Positions 8,925 to 22,585 of a stretch of DNA of 64,000 nt are shown in pieces. Within the stretch, counting starts at the first letter, position 1. The number at the start of each line of letters is the position of its first letter. The DNA comes from Squalus acanthias. Taxonomy: Eukaryota. The notes beneath the pieces were generated by a model. It saw nothing but the letters and a program-made list of their open reading frames with translations. It did no database searches and was not told the origin of the DNA. Location: positions 372,001-436,000 of the forward strand of contig JASTWF010000364.1 of assembly GCA_030390025.1 (NCBI GenBank), written 5' to 3'. Position numbers and translations under genes: made by a program.

Positions 8925-10572
8925 TGTAGAATTCGCAATTATCGCGATTTCATGTTAATAAGGAGAAAACAGAAGTTTCGTTCAAAACAGCTTTTATTTC
9001 AGCGGAATGCTGTCAGGTTTAAATTGGACACAAGCAGCCTGTAAAATGGCCGCCGCACCGCGTGACAGAACATTCTAGACTTTTCAGCAGGCAGACAAGA
9101 TGGCGTTCCAATAAACATTTTTGCAGGATCGATAACGATTCAGCACAGTGAAGACAATACACAGGACATTATGGGTTTACAGTATAAACATCGATACTGG
9201 GATCGGTCTCCCAGGTACAAAGGAAAGCCATCAAGGGCCCATCCAAAGGACATTAATATGTAAACTCCCAACGGCTCTACGATGAGAGAGCCGTTAGCAG
9301 GTAGTTATACAGGACACTTGGAAGCCCCAAACCCCTCCAGGGGGAACACCGACCGATTTAACAATGGGAGAAATATTAACAGGTACTCAAACATTCAGGA
9401 GTAGCCCCGAAACCCATTAAGGACAGAGATCACCCATACAGGACATTTTTGGGCGCCAAACCTTAAACAAAAGAATGGACATTGTAGTTGGGCGGGAAAC
9501 GGAAGAACTGTGCACTATAATTGCAGGCCCAAACCGTCCATTCGCTCTCTTGCCTCGTGTTCGTGACTCTTGCTCTTTTGCTCTTGACTCTTGCCGCTTG
9601 CTGCTGTTATCATCGTGGCTGCTCCTGTGTTTTATCCGGTCGATTCGTAACCTCGTGGCTGCTCCTGGGTAAAAGACTGTTGCAAAGACCTATGTTGGTA
9701 GCTGGCAGCGGAACCGAAGGCCCGGGATGAGATGAGATGAGATGAGATGAGATGAGATGAGAGGAGAAGAGAAGAAGACCTTATCCATCGCCACGGTCAG
9801 TAAATCCCGACCGCGCCTGTAGGTCGATCAGCCAAGTCTTCTCGACAGGAAGTTTTCTTCTTTAACAAGACATATTGCATCGATGATAACTGGACTGTGC
9901 AAACACATCGTATCAGCGATATTGACAACGGTGCTCCACCATACCCTGTATCCAACCAACAGAGGTCTTCACTACAGCGGACGGTCCAGCCGACTGACCG
10001 AGCAGCAGAAGCAGTAAACAAGTGGGACCAGGAGATCTCCTGACCAACACGTGGGTGCTGCGGTGAAAAACATCCGATCAGCTATTCGGGATTTCTCCGA
10101 GTTATTACGAGTGGTGAGCATGAGTCTCGGGATCCTACGAAGCTAGTTTTAGGATAGTTATTGATAGGGGAGGGTTTAAAGTTTAAGGATATTTGTAATG
10201 TGTGCCCTATTTACGTTGTGCTGGTCGTTCCTCGTGTCCCTAAGAGTGATTATAACTGTTTGTAAGATTGTACTGTCATTAATCTGTGCATATGACATGT
10301 ATTTCATAATTTTAAGTATCATGCAATAAAGATTTTCCATTTCGTACCGTTCAAACCAAGTCTACATGAGTTTTATCTCCATTACTGCTCTCGCATCTAA
10401 GTCCAGTGTCTAGAACCGTAAGGGAGAGTGATTCGAACCACTCACAGGGGTGTCTAGTGTTCCCAGACTGGCTGGAGACCAGGCCTAGACCCGCACTGAC
10501 ATACAGGCTGCACAGAGCCGCGTGAACCTCACAGGCCACGAGACACGCAGGGTCAGGAGAGTATCCCTTACA
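8925..10572 (+). mobile_element. Solo LTR-A (1648 bp) with 4-bp TSD ATAT
   Basis: ATAT|TGTAGAATTC...CCTTACA|ATAT. The empty site TGCAAG-ATAT-GCAAGTG is present at 43791-43807. Confidence 0.97.
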
Positions 10573-11814
10573 ATATGCAAGTGTACGATCCCTGTCCAGA
10601 CTCCAGAAATTGTCTAATAGATTCTTAGCTTGAGACTAATACCACGACAATTATACAACTAAAGTAGTTTATTAACCAATTCACTACTAATTGCAAGCCT
10701 GCTCAGATAGGTTTGAAGAGCTGGGTCTATTGGCTTTAGAGCAGTGCAGACTTGATAGATGTCTATAAAGTAACGAAAGGACTGGATCGTCAGCCTATTG
10801 AGAAGATTCTCTCAGTTTGACAGATTGGGGAGGACCAGGGTACATGAGCTGAAGTAGGGATAGACTGGGTGTTGGGCGGTTCATTTCCCAGAGAGCAGTG
10901 AGCCTCTGGAATGTGAGACCAGCTGGTGCAGTGGGTGTTGACTCTGCATCGCCTTCCAAGGAGGGAGCTGGACCGGTTCCTGACGGCACATCATCTACTG
11001 AACTGGTTTCGATCGTGAGGGGACCGGAGGAATTTTTCCCTTATTGGCCCATGGGTATTTTTGCCCCTCCCAGGAGATTACAAACCTGTGGGGGGAGGGG
11101 GGTGTCAGCAAGCGTCTAGTCCAGATGCTCTGCCCATCACGTGAGGCAGGCTTGATGGCCCCGCTGGCCTTTTCCTGCCCGTCACTTTCATATGTTCCCA
11201 AGTTAGTGTTGAACGTGGACAGAGATGGAATTATTCGAGGAGGGAAACCTAAAGCAACCAATCGACACCCAAAAGGAACCAGTGTCACATTGTATGGTTA
11301 CACAGGAGTGGCAAAAAAATACAAGAAGTGTTCGGTGGGTTGTGGTCGTCAGGGGCTCCAGAGTTAGGGCAGCAGAGAAGCCTCTTTTGCAAGTATCCTG
11401 AATGGTATGTTACAGAGCAGGTGGAAGAGATTCTGTTGAGAGTTCCCAGAGGTTGTGGGTCATGTGAGGAGGGATTGGGACAGAGATTCCGGAAGGGAGT
11501 TTCAGGAGCTGGAGGAAAAATTGATGAGATCTTCAGGGTGGTGATTGCATGCCACACACTTGACCAGTTACGGTAGACAATCCACAGATGAAGGACTACC
11601 ACCATGCCAGAAGTGGACTTCCGCCCAATCCGGTGACCCCTGGAGTGACCTCACTAGGGTGAGGGTCACCACCCCCATCACAACTTGCATTTATATAGCA
11701 CCTGTAATGGAAGGGAGACATCCTGAAGAGCTTCAGTTATGAGCTGCAGGAACAACAGTTCGTGACTTCATAATATTGGGGCAAGGCTGAATTACCCACA
11801 CAGGCTGCCACCTT

Positions 11815-12290
11815 ATGATGCAGAGGAGATTTACCAGAATGGTTCCGGGGATGGGGGATCTTTGCTACAAGGTCAGGTTGGAGAAGCTGGATTTGTTTTC
11901 ATTAGAGCAAAGGAGGTTGAGGGGTGATTTGATAGAGGTGTACAAGATTATGACGGGTTTGGATAGGCTAGACGGGGAAAGCCTGTTCCCACTAGTTGAT
12001 GGTACAAGGACTAGGAGACACAGATTTAAGGTTTTGGGCAAGAGATACAGGGGGGGATGTGAGGAAAAACTTTCTTACGCAGCGAGTGGTGAGGACCGGG
12101 AATTCGCTGCCGACAGACATGGTGGAAGAGGAGACACTCAATGTTTTCAAGGGGAGACTGGATAAGCACTTGAAGGAAATAAACTTGCAGGGCTACGGGG
12201 ATAGAGCAGGGCAATGGGACTGACTGGATTGTTCTACAGAGAACCAGCATGGACTCGATGGGCCGAATGGCCTCCTCCTGTGCCAGTGAC
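11815..12290 (+). mobile_element. CR1 LINE 3' fragment
   Basis: QRRFTRMVPG...LEQRRLRGDLIEVYKI, then the CR1 3' UTR motif GGACTCGATGGGCCGAATGGCCTCCTCCTGTG. Confidence 0.9.
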
Positions 12291-12293
12291 TAT

Positions 12294-12616
12294 GGGGGGA
12301 ATAATTCAGTTGCTTAGCGCCTCCCGTAAGTGCGCCGCTCGCGAAATTGACGAGTTTTTGCGACGGCGCTAAGCTCTACCGCCCTGAACTCCTGCGCCCA
12401 CAGATCGTGACGTGCAATGCCCCAGACCGGATATGGAGTGGCACCCCCTTCCTTTCCGCCTGCCGCAATCAACGACAGGGAGAGTGGAACGTGTTCGTCG
12501 GTAAAGGTCTGGGGGAGCGCTATTTAAAGGCGCCCTCTTCCTGCCTTTTGTTGTGGGAGACATTTTTGCACCACTCATTCAGAGAGAGAGATTCTGAGAG
12601 AGAGAGAGAGAGATTC

Positions 12617-12647
<31 letters not shown>

Positions 12648-13950
12648 CTGAGAGAGAGAGAGAGAGAGAGAGAGATTCTGCAGAGAGTCAACGCTGTGAG
12701 AAGTAGTTTTAGCTACTGAGCAGCACTTTGCAGGTTCTTTTGGATTTGACCTTCATTACTTCGCTTATCAACAGACTATGGGGGCTGCACTGATTCGGGG
12801 CGTCGTCCTGCACCTGCAGAATCGGAGGCATCAGAGACGCAGAGAGAGAGTGGCAATCATGGCCAGAGGGAGGAGGGTAGTTCTCATACCTTCATTTGTC
12901 TGAGGCAGGTTGCGCTTCAGCAAGGAGGTGGTCACTGAGCACTGCCATCTGCTGCAACCAGAACCAGGACGTCTGTCGGTGACAGTGGCTGAATTTCTAG
13001 GTGAGTGGCTCCTTTCAAGCTTCTACTGGGGACCTCGAGAATATCTCCCAGTTCGCTGTCCATTGTTGTATCCGGGAGGTGACAAATGCCCTGTATAAAA
13101 AGGAGACACGAGTACATCTCTTTCTCCATGACCCGGGGCAAGCAGCACAAACGCGCATGTGGCTTTGCTAGGATAGCGGGCTTCCCCATGGTGCAGGGTG
13201 CCATAGACTGCACGCCTTTGGCATTGCGGGCACCGCATGAAAATGCAGAGGTCTTCCGAAACTGAAAGGGCTACCACTCCTTAAATGTGCAGTTGGTCTG
13301 TGACCACACAGCTGATACTCGCCGTCAATGCCCGCTATCCTGGCAGCAGCCACGATGCTTTCATCCTGCGCCAGACTGGTGTGCCAGACCTTTTCCAGGC
13401 ACCGCATCACCCAAGTGGATGGCTCCTCGGGGACAAGGGTTATCCACTCTGCACCTGGCTGATGACACCCCTGCCCAGCTGCGGTATAATGAGAGTCATA
13501 GCGCCACCAGGAACCTAATTGAGCAGATGATCGACGTGCTGAAGCAATGGTTCTGCTGTCTGGACCACTCAGGAGGAGCCCTGCAGTACTCTCCTGAGCG
13601 AGTTTCCCTGTTCATAGTTGTGCGCTGCATGCTTCACAACCTCGCAATCCTGAGGACCCAGCCATTGCCACCAGGGATTGGTGCACCACCTGAGGGAGAG
13701 GAGGAGGAGGAGGAAGAGGAGGAGCAACAGCAGCACCAACGTGGGAGGGAGGCACACAATGTTGCCAGTGCAAGGGCCGTCCATGAACAGCTGATAAGGA
13801 GCCGCTTCTAGGCTCTTACTGAGAACATGGCTTCTGGCATGGAGAACAACATAATGGAAAGCAACCCACACCCACTATTACCGGGCAAAGCTGGAATGAT
13901 TCAAAAGACCAAAATGTAAATATTGAATAATCAAACAGGAAATTAGAGAT
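12294..13950 (+). mobile_element. Truncated Harbinger (family A): left end, GA microsatellite, frameshifted transposase (12778-13811)
   Basis: Left TIR-like GGGGGGAATAATTCAGTTG. Fragments [30 protein letters not shown]; homologous to 31994-33730. Right boundary approximate. Confidence 0.85.
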
Positions 13951-13974
13951 GCATGTAACAAGGGTACTACAATA

Positions 13975-16860
13975 ATCATGGGTGACTAATCTAAATATAG
14001 ACTGGCCAAACCAGATTAGCAATAATAATGTAGAGAATGAATTCCTGGAATGTGTATGAGATGGTTTTTTAGACCAGTACGTTGAGGAGCCAACTAGGAA
14101 CAGGCTATCCTAGATTGGGTATTGTGCAATGAGAAGGGGTTAATTAATAATCTTGTTGTGCGGGGTCCTTTAGGGAAGAGTGACCATAACATGTAGAATT
14201 CTTCATTAAGATGGAAAGTGAAGTCGTCCAATCCAAAATTAGGGTCCTAAATCTAAACAAAGGAAACTACGATGGTATGAGCAGTGAGTTGGCCATGATA
14301 GATTGGGGAGTTTCATTAAAAGGCATGATGGTGGATATGCAATGGCTAACATTTAAGGAACGGATGCATGAATTGCAACAGTTATACATTCCTTTCTGGT
14401 GCAAAAAACAAAAAGGAAAAGCGGCCCAACCATGGCCAACAAAAGAAATTAAGGATAGTATTAGATCCAAAGAGAAGTCATATAAAGTTGCCAGAAAAAG
14501 TAGCAAGCCTGAGGATTGGGAGCAGTTTAGAATTCAGCAAAAAAAGGACCAACAGATTGATTAAGAGGAAAAAAAAAGTAAGAGAGTAAACTTGCAAGGA
14601 ACATAAAAGCGGATTGTAAAAGCTTCTACAAGTATGAAAAAAAAGATTAGTGAAGACAAATGTAGGTCCTTGCTGTCAGAAATGGGAGAATTTATAGAAA
14701 CATAGAAACATAGAATCTAGGAGCAGGAGTAGGCCATTCGGCCCGTCGAGCCTGCTCCACCATTCAATACGATCATGGCTGATCATCCAAATCCAGTACC
14801 CTGTCCCTGCTTTTAATCCCCACAGTACACATATCCCACCCTACCCCCGTAACCCCACGTATTTAATTCCCCCTAACATATCCCATCCTATCCCCATAAC
14901 CCCACATATTTAATCCCCCCCTAACACTAAGGGTCAATTTATCATAGCCAAATCAACCTAACCCGCACATTTTTGGACTGTGGGAGGAAACCGGAGCACC
15001 CGGAGGAAACCCACGCAGACACGGGGAGAATGTGCAAACTCCACACAGACAGTCACCCGAGGTCAGATTCGAACCCGGGTCCCTGGCGCTGTGAAGCACC
15101 AGTGCTAATCACTATGCCACCGTGTTGCCCAATGGGGAACAAGGAAATGGCTGAGCAATTAAACAAATACTTCGGTTCAGTCTTCACAGAAGAGGACACA
15201 AATAACTTCCTAGAAATGCTAGTGAACCAAGGGTCTAGTGAGAAGGAGGAATTAAAGGAAATTAGTATTAGTAAAAAAAAAAGTGCTGGAGAAATTAATG
15301 GGACTGAAAGCCGATAAATCCCCAGGGCCTGATAATCTGCATCCCAGAGTACTAAAAGAGGTAGCCATGGAAATAGTGGATGCATTGGTTGTCATCTTCC
15401 AAAATTCTATAGATTATGGAACACTTCCTGCAGATTGGAGGGTGGCAAATATAACCCCACTATTTAAAAGGGAGAGAAAACCGGGAACTACAGACTGGTT
15501 AGCTGAACATCAGTAGTAGGGAAAATGCTAGAGTCTATTATAAAGGATGTGATAACAGGACACTTAGAAAATATCAACAGGATTAGACAAAGTCAACATG
15601 GATCTATGAAAGGGAAGTAGTGTTTGACAAATCTACTGGAGTTTTTTGAGGATATAACTGGTAGAATAGATAAGGGAGAACCAGTGGATGTGGTGTATTT
15701 GGATTTTCAGAAGGCCTTTGATAATGTCCCACATAAGAGGTTAGTGTGCAAAATGAAAGCACATGGGATTGGGGGTAATATACTGGCATGGATTGAAAAT
15801 TGGTTAACAGACAGGAAACAGAGTAGGAATAAATGGGTCTTTTTCAGGGTGGCAGGCAGTGACTAGTGGGGTACCGCAGGGATCAGTGCTTGGGCCCCAG
15901 CAATTCACAATATATATCAATGATTTGAATTGAGGGAACCAAATATAATATTTCCAAGTTTGCTGGTGACAAAACTAGGTGGGATTGAGAGTTGTGAGGA
16001 GGATGCAAAGAGGCTTCAAGGCGATTTAGACAAGTTGAGAGAGTGGGCAAATACATGGCAGATGTAGTATAATGTGGATAACTGTGAAGTTATCCACTTT
16101 GGTAGGAAAAACAGAAAGGTAGAGTATTATTTAAATGTTGATAGAATGGGAAATGTTGATGTACAAAGGGACCTGGGTGTCCTTGTACATCAGTCACCAA
16201 AAGCAAACATGCAGGTGCAGCAAGCGGTTAGGAAGGCAAATGGTATGTTGCCCTTCATTGCAAGAGGATTTGAGTACAGGAGCAAGGATGTCTTACTACA
16301 GTTATACAGGGCCTTGGTGAGACCACACCTGGAGTACTGTGTGCAGTTTTGGTCTCCTTACATAAGAAAGGATATACTTGCCATAGAGGGAGTGCAGCGA
16401 AGGTTCACCAGACTGATTCCTGGGATGGCAGGACTATCCTATGAGGAGAGATTGGGTCGACTAGGCCTGTATTCACGAGAATTTAGAAATATGAGAGGGG
16501 ATCTCATTTTAACGTATAAAATTCTGACAGGGCTAGACAGACTGGATGCAGGGAGGATGTTTCCCCTGGCTGGGGGGTCTAGAACGAGGGGTCACAGTCT
16601 CAGGGTACGGGGTAGGACATTTAGGACTGAGATGAGGAGAAATTTCTTCACTCAGAGGGTGGTGAACCTGTGGAGGCCAAGTCACTGAATATATTTAAGA
16701 AGGAGATAGATAGATTTCTAAACACAAAAGGCATCAAGGGGTATGGGGAGAGCGCGGGAATATGGTATTGAGATAGAGGATCAGCCACGATCATATTGAA
16801 TGGCGGAGCAGGCTCGAAGGGCCGAATGGTCTACTCCTGCTCCTATTTTTCTATGTTTCT
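13975..16860 (+). mobile_element. CR1 LINE (part of APE plus RT, multiple frameshifts), interrupted by a SINE
   Basis: SDH, KSPGPD, YLDFQKAFD, VRPHLEYCVQFW motifs and a 3' tail ...CCTACTCCTGCTCCTATTTTTCTATGTTTCT. Confidence 0.92.
14697..15130 (-). mobile_element. tRNA-derived V-SINE (HE1-like) with CR1-derived tail
   Basis: Minus strand: GGGCAACACGGTGGCATAGTGATTAGCAC (A box), GGTTCGAATC (B box), V-domain GTGTGGAGTTTGCACATTCTCCCCGTGTCTGCGTGGGTTTCCTCCGGGTGCTCCGG, and a (TTTCTATG)n tail. It splits the CR1 ORF2. Confidence 0.9.
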
Positions 16861-17656
16861 GAAACCACAAAGACGAGAAGATGTCATTTTTTTCCCAGCT
16901 GAATGTAAAAGCAACCAACTTTTTGTAGACAAAAGAAGTCAAGAACAAGTTACTGGAGCTGCTCAGTGTAAAGGGGTGAGCAGCATCACTCACTCGTTGC
17001 AAGAAATTTGCATTGTCTTTAGACTCCAGCTCTGTCATTAAGTCTTTACCTTGGTGGGAGAGTGTGCAAAGTGAACTTCAAGTGAGTGGAATTTCAGAGC
17101 CAGTTGGAAGTGAACAGCAGCCCACATTTTGGTGGACTTCCTCTCTTCTCTGGCTGGGAATATCAGATTTTTTAAAATCCCCCAAGGGTACCTTTGGTCG
17201 ACAGCTTGCAGGGACTGCATTGTGTGGTGGTTGTGTTGGGCACCGGGTGAAGGGTGGCGATAGCGAGTAGGACTTTTTAAAAAGTTTGTTGTAAAGCATT
17301 TTCAGATGCAGTAATACAAGTTTGTGTAAAGAGCTGTGACCTGTTCGAGATTAAATAAAGCCATTAATGTGGTTTATAAACCGACTCAGTCTATATTGGT
17401 TTATGTTTGGAAAAAAATAGCAACTCGCGATTTCTTACCAAATCTCATGATTTAAGAGTTCACGTCATAATATGACATGATGGCGTTTGTAAGGGAGAAG
17501 CCCTTTTTGACAATTTAAGCTCGACATTCAACCAGCATGCTTTGGGAAGCTGGGAACAGTGCTGATGGGGGAAAAGCTGGTTTTAAAATGCAAACCTGCT
17601 GAGCGATGGCGAAGCACGCAAATCAGACAGTGCTATCGAGAAGGAACAAAGACTTT

Positions 17657-20600
17657 GGGCTCGATTTTGCCATTGGAGTCAGGCTGGGGCGTGTCAGGTG
17701 GTTTTCATGTCAGGACCCCGACTCCGATGTGAAGTGGGAAAAAAGTGCGATTTTCCCCTAATTGGGCACCTGATTTCCAGCATGTGGGAATCCCTGGCCC
17801 AATGAGTCTTTCCATACAGAAAGTCACCTCCGATGACATCACCAGTGCTGCTGGATTTAAGGCCTGCAAGCAGCCTTGCTTCTTCTGGAGACTGGAAACG
17901 CTTTGGACATTGTATGAAGGACTTCATTTACCGACCATGTCCACCAGCAAGCAAAAGTGTGCACCTCGCTTTGATGAGCCCTCCCTCCAAGCTCTGGTGC
18001 ACAGAGCCAGCTGTAATAAGGAGGTGCTCTTCCCTTCCACAGGGAGAAAAAAGCCACCCCAGCAGACTAAAGCTGTGTGGCTGCAAGTGGCCCAGGTCAA
18101 TGCCATCTCTATGTGCCGCAGAACCTGGCTGCAGTGCAGGAAGAGGTTTCATGACCACCTCCGAACAGGAAAAGTGAGTATGACTTTCTCATCACCCTCA
18201 ATCTCATCCCCATCACCTCTCCTCACCAGCACTCTGCTTTGCCAACCTCTTCCTCCACATCCCACTTGACACTGACATCCCTGCACCCTTACCCATTTCC
18301 TCTCTCTCTCTATGGTCACATTCACTTAACTATTCGACCATGCAGCCCTCACACTCCCCATCACTGTGATGCAATGACAACTTACAACATACAGGGAGGG
18401 CCCTTTGTCTCCTTCTAAGCATCTATGCTATGGATTCTCTACACTCACTCCTTCATTCTCACTCAAACTCCACTTGTCTCCCTCATTGCAGGAAAAGAGA
18501 GCCCACAATAAGAGGGAAAGAGCGAGGACAGGAGGAGGGCCACCCTCAGTAGCCCAGCTCACCCCCTGGGAGGAGGAGGCCCTGGAAATTGCCGGGATCG
18601 AGGAGGATTCCCAAGTGGGGGACAGACAGACGGGCGCATCGCAGCAAGCTGGTGACAGAATAGTTTGGCATCTCTTTCATTGACATTGCATGAGTGACTG
18701 ATAATGATTCTGATGCTCTAACAGATTGACATATCATCTGCACAAGTCAATGTGCATGCAACCTTTACCTCACATCTCTAACTCTTTCCTTTACTCCCCC
18801 ACAGGACCATCGAGAGCCCCCGTCCCCACTGTCCAGGAGGAAAAGAGCCTGAGCTTCCAGACTCCTCAGAGGAAGCTGCAACCTCTGAGACGCAGCATCA
18901 GCAGAATTCAGCGCTCCCAGCACCAGCGCAGAAACTCACACCTCGGTGGGACCTTCGGGACAGAGTAGTGTTGTCACCTGGTGTATCACAGCTCACAAGT
19001 GAGCATCAGCAGATGGTGGAGACAGGGACAGCAGTGGAGAGTCCTCGTCACAGAGGAGAGGACGCTCCCAGCTCGGGCCGCTGCACGTCGACCCTGTGCC
19101 TCAAGGTCCATCCAGAAGGAGAGCGGTGCTGGAACTCCAGGAACAGGTGCAGGAGTCACTGGCAGGTTTTGTCTCCAGGGTCGCTGCGAGTGTGGAGCGA
19201 ATGGAGGAGTCCATCGCTAACATGAGCAGAGCCTTTGTGGAGGCGTTGGCGCATGAACGCATCACCACGGAAAGGATGGCAACCTCCGTGGAAAGGATGG
19301 CTACCTCCGTGGTAAGGCTTAGTCGCCAGGGTATGGAAAACATGGTAACTGTTCAGAACAGACTGACATCTCTTGAGGAGTGATGGTCAGCTATTGAGCA
19401 GAGAAACCAGACCTTCATGCAAGTCCTCTGGAGTAGGACTTCCAGTGCAGAAACGGGTCCTCGTGGCCCCCCTGCAGGGCAGCAAGGTGCTGTCCAGCCA
19501 CTTGCTAGCTCTGAAGTGGGGCTGACCCATGAGAGGGATGTTGGTGGCATTCAACAAGGAAGTGGGGGCTCCTCTCCAAGCGCTCACACGACCATGCCAC
19601 TGCAGAGCCCTCGGTCAGAGCCCCACCAGAGTCCCCACCCAACTGAGCTGGGCATCTCAGCCCCTGCACAGCCACAGGAGCAGCAGACTGTTGGCAAGCC
19701 CACATAGGTTCACCACCCCAGAGGACGCCCGCCAAAGGCGTCGAGATAGGAGCAGCAAGATAGTGAGCAAGGGGCCTCCACATCTGCTGAAGCCACAGGG
19801 GAAGCACCACGTAGGAGCACGCGTAAGAGGAAGATAAAGCACAAGTAGTCACAAGGGTAGTTACTTGGGTGCTGTGTTGTTTTGTTGCTGGACCAGCCAT
19901 CATTGTGATTGTATTATAAAGTGTTTTGATGGCAAACTGTTGAAGTTGTGGCTTGTCATTTCGCAAATGGGACTTTCACATCGAGGGCTTAGGGCGCCTT
20001 GCGATTGTCAGAATGGTGGTCAGAGTGATAGGATTCCGCAGGTTCTTGTCCATTGTCGATGCTCTGGTAAGATGGAGCGAGACTAAAAAGTGTTTAATTG
20101 TGTAGGCTCACCAAATCTCGCCAAGATGAGTGCGTCCCTTGCATCCCGGGCAGCAACGTTGTCGCGCGCTGGCGCCTTCTGCCCTGTGCAGCTTCAGGTG
20201 GGTGAGCAGCAGCTTGGCGCTCCTGCTGTTGTTCATGGTTCTGCTGCTGCCGCGGCTGGTCTGCGTTCGAATCTGATGTCCAGGAGGAAAGGAATTAAAT
20301 GGTCGCTATGCTTCTGGTATATGCCTCAGTTGAGGAAGCGCTCAGTCAAGGTGGGGAGAGGGGTTTCCCAGGAGGTCACACTGGAGATGGGTGTCAGGCT
20401 TCAAACTTCCACAACAATGAGTAGGCCTGCTAAAAGTTCCCCCAGACCTGAGACAACAAAGTTCTGCCTCCTGCAAATGATCATTGGTGAAAACTCCTTT
20501 GTAATGGTGGAGCTGCAGCTGTGAGTAAGCAATCCACTTGTGAGGCCACCAGGATTACCTGGCGTGTTCGAGGAGGCGTGTAGGATGGGGGAAATGTCTA

Positions 20601-20833
20601 AAAATCGGAAAGGCCTTAAAATGGGATAATAGAGGCAATTAATGGTTAAGGGCCTTAAGTGCCGAAGAAGCGGGATGGAAAGGGGGTCAGAAAACACATT
20701 TGGGAAAATTGCGCGGAGGTGGGATGGAGTGGGGGAGGGGCAGAAAAAAAACAGGCCCGCCTGCCATTTTTGCCGATTTTAACAACTTGCACACCTCCAA
20801 ATCCGCCTCCTCAGGGCTGGTAAAATCCAGCCC
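17657..20833. mobile_element. Harbinger (family B), internally deleted: Myb/SANT gene on +, transposase remnant on -
   Basis: TIRs GGGCTCGATTTTGCCA / TGGTAAAATCCAGCCC (14/16 match). Minus-strand ARDARDALILARF at ~20115-20155 resembles the transposase C-terminus [13 protein letters not shown]. Confidence 0.8.
17937..19848 (+). pseudogene. Harbinger Myb/SANT-like DNA-binding protein, 3 exons, decayed
   Basis: MSTSKQKCAPRFDEPSLQALV...W...RTWLQCRKRFHD. GT donor at 18174; AG acceptor at 18490-18491, then EKRAHNKRERARTGGGPP. Exon 3 is frameshifted; end approximate. Confidence 0.75.
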
Positions 20834-21004
20834 ATTAAGTGAGACGATGTATTCCACAACCACGGTGAAATCGAGACTAGGGAAGAAGTGCTCTTGGAGC
20901 TCAGACACCTGAGCTTTTGTTCTAACCTGGAAGAATGTGTGTGGTTTGAACCAGATACATCATGTGTGAAGTCTAGGCCGTGATCTTAAAACCAGAGCCA
21001 GGTC

Positions 21005-21198
21005 GTTCAGGAGAGAAGTTAGGAATCACTTCTTCACGCAAAAGGTGGTAGAAGTGTGGAACCGTCTCCCACAAAAGCCAGATGCTAGCTCAATTAGTAA
21101 TTTTAAATCGGAGATCGATAGATTTTTGCTAGTCAAGGGTATACAAGGGATATGGAGCCAAGGTGGGTAAATTGAGTTTGGATACAGATCAGCCATCA
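21005..21198 (+). mobile_element. CR1 3' terminal fragment
   Basis: TTCTTCACGCAAAAGGTGGTAGAAGTGTGGAAC (FFTQKVVEVWN) and GATCAGCCAT. Confidence 0.75.
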
Positions 21199-21576
21199 GC
21201 TGGCGATAGAGCTCTGATCGGCATTTTAGCGCCATCTCCTGGCTCCAACATGTGGCACTAAACACATGAATTTCACCCCCGACATGCAGAGTTACCCTGG
21301 CAAGGATACAGGACATGGAGGGAGAATAGTTACTCCATCACAACCAACTTGAACACTTGCACTCATGGTGTGCATAAATGCCCCAAATGGGGTTAAACAC
21401 ACTGGTACCCTTCAGAGGGTTGGAAATTTAAATAAAGATAGAAAATTGGAAATTCCAAAATTTTAAGGTGGATTCTAAGTCAACACTAAAATTCAAACAG
21501 TTAATGCCCAGGAGAAAGAGCCATCTGATTAATATCCACAACACAGACAGGAAGAGAATACTGGACGATAATATAT

Positions 21577-22585
21577 TGTAAAGTTTCCAAAATTTGCAGA
21601 TCCCCAAAAATCTAAGGGAAAAAAATAAGGACTTGGGAACTTTAAAGGAACATGTCTGGACATGTACAGCACGTGGATCTACCTCTGTAAATAGCAGCTT
21701 TGAGGAGTGCATTGTCTGGGAATTCAAACCCCAGCAAACATTAACATTTGGACAATAGGCCCTGGGAGAAGGCCGCCCCACCCAAAACACAGAACCCATT
21801 GAAGAGACGCATAAAGATAGGAATGCTAGGCCCAGCAAGAAACCCAAAACATGAGAACAATGCAAACTTCCATAAAACAACAGATCAACAGGACGCAAGC
21901 CATTTGACTCAGTAAAAGCTGTTACTGGTAACGAGGTTTTTCAATTGACCAGGATTTGATTTGGTTCAGCATAGTTGATGGCCCATCAAAATTTAACAAG
22001 ACAATGGACAGGCCTCACCTCAAACCAATTCACTTCATCACGAAACCAGTTTTCGTGAGGAGTTTTGGGAGGGCGGGGGGGGGGGGGGGGGGGGCGAAAA
22101 GGACTATAATTGCAGCATGACCCAAGACTTCTTTCTCTTTTGGACACGCTGGAACAATTCTCCCTCTCAGCTCTTCCCAGAAGCCGCATGTTAAAGGAAG
22201 ACACTCAATGACCAGAACCACCATCAACTTACCTGGCTGGATTTCGCACTGTTAAAACTCCTGTTTGGTGAGCATTATCCCTGATCTCCTGAAACCGAAA
22301 CCTAGCTAGATAGTGGGATTTTTGGGAGGGATAAAGGTTTTTCTTGTATATTGTCATGCTCCCTCTCCTGTAACCGTGTGTTCCCCAAACCTGTGTGAAG
22401 TGTGTTTTAAGTTTGTTACCTTTTATTTTTAATAAAAGTTAAAACTCTTTCATTGGAACCTGTGGTCTACTGCATCTTTATTCACAACCCCTAAATAAGT
22501 CCAAGTTTTGAACCTGGGGCGTGGGAGCGATTCGAACCGCTCACTGAGTCAGGGGAAAGGCTGACCCCTACCACCACCCCCGACA
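21577..22585 (+). mobile_element. Solo LTR, family LTR-B (1009 bp), TSD ATAT
   Basis: ATAT|TGTAAAG...CCCCGACA|ATAT. TATA-like ACTATAATTGCAG at 22103-22115, AATAAA at 22431, U5 hairpin at 22525-22542. Confidence 0.8.

Noticed and set aside
10995..11605. Minus-strand gag/protease remnant (VTIQCDTGS near 11280)
   Set aside because: Only one short protease-like motif; too decayed to call without a profile search.
14697..15130. tRNA gene
   Set aside because: A and B boxes are followed by a V-domain and LINE tail, so it is a SINE head. The same applies to 22942.
16900..17440. Possible additional solo LTR (AATAAA, ends ...TTCTTACCA)
   Set aside because: No convincing 5' TG boundary or TSD could be identified.
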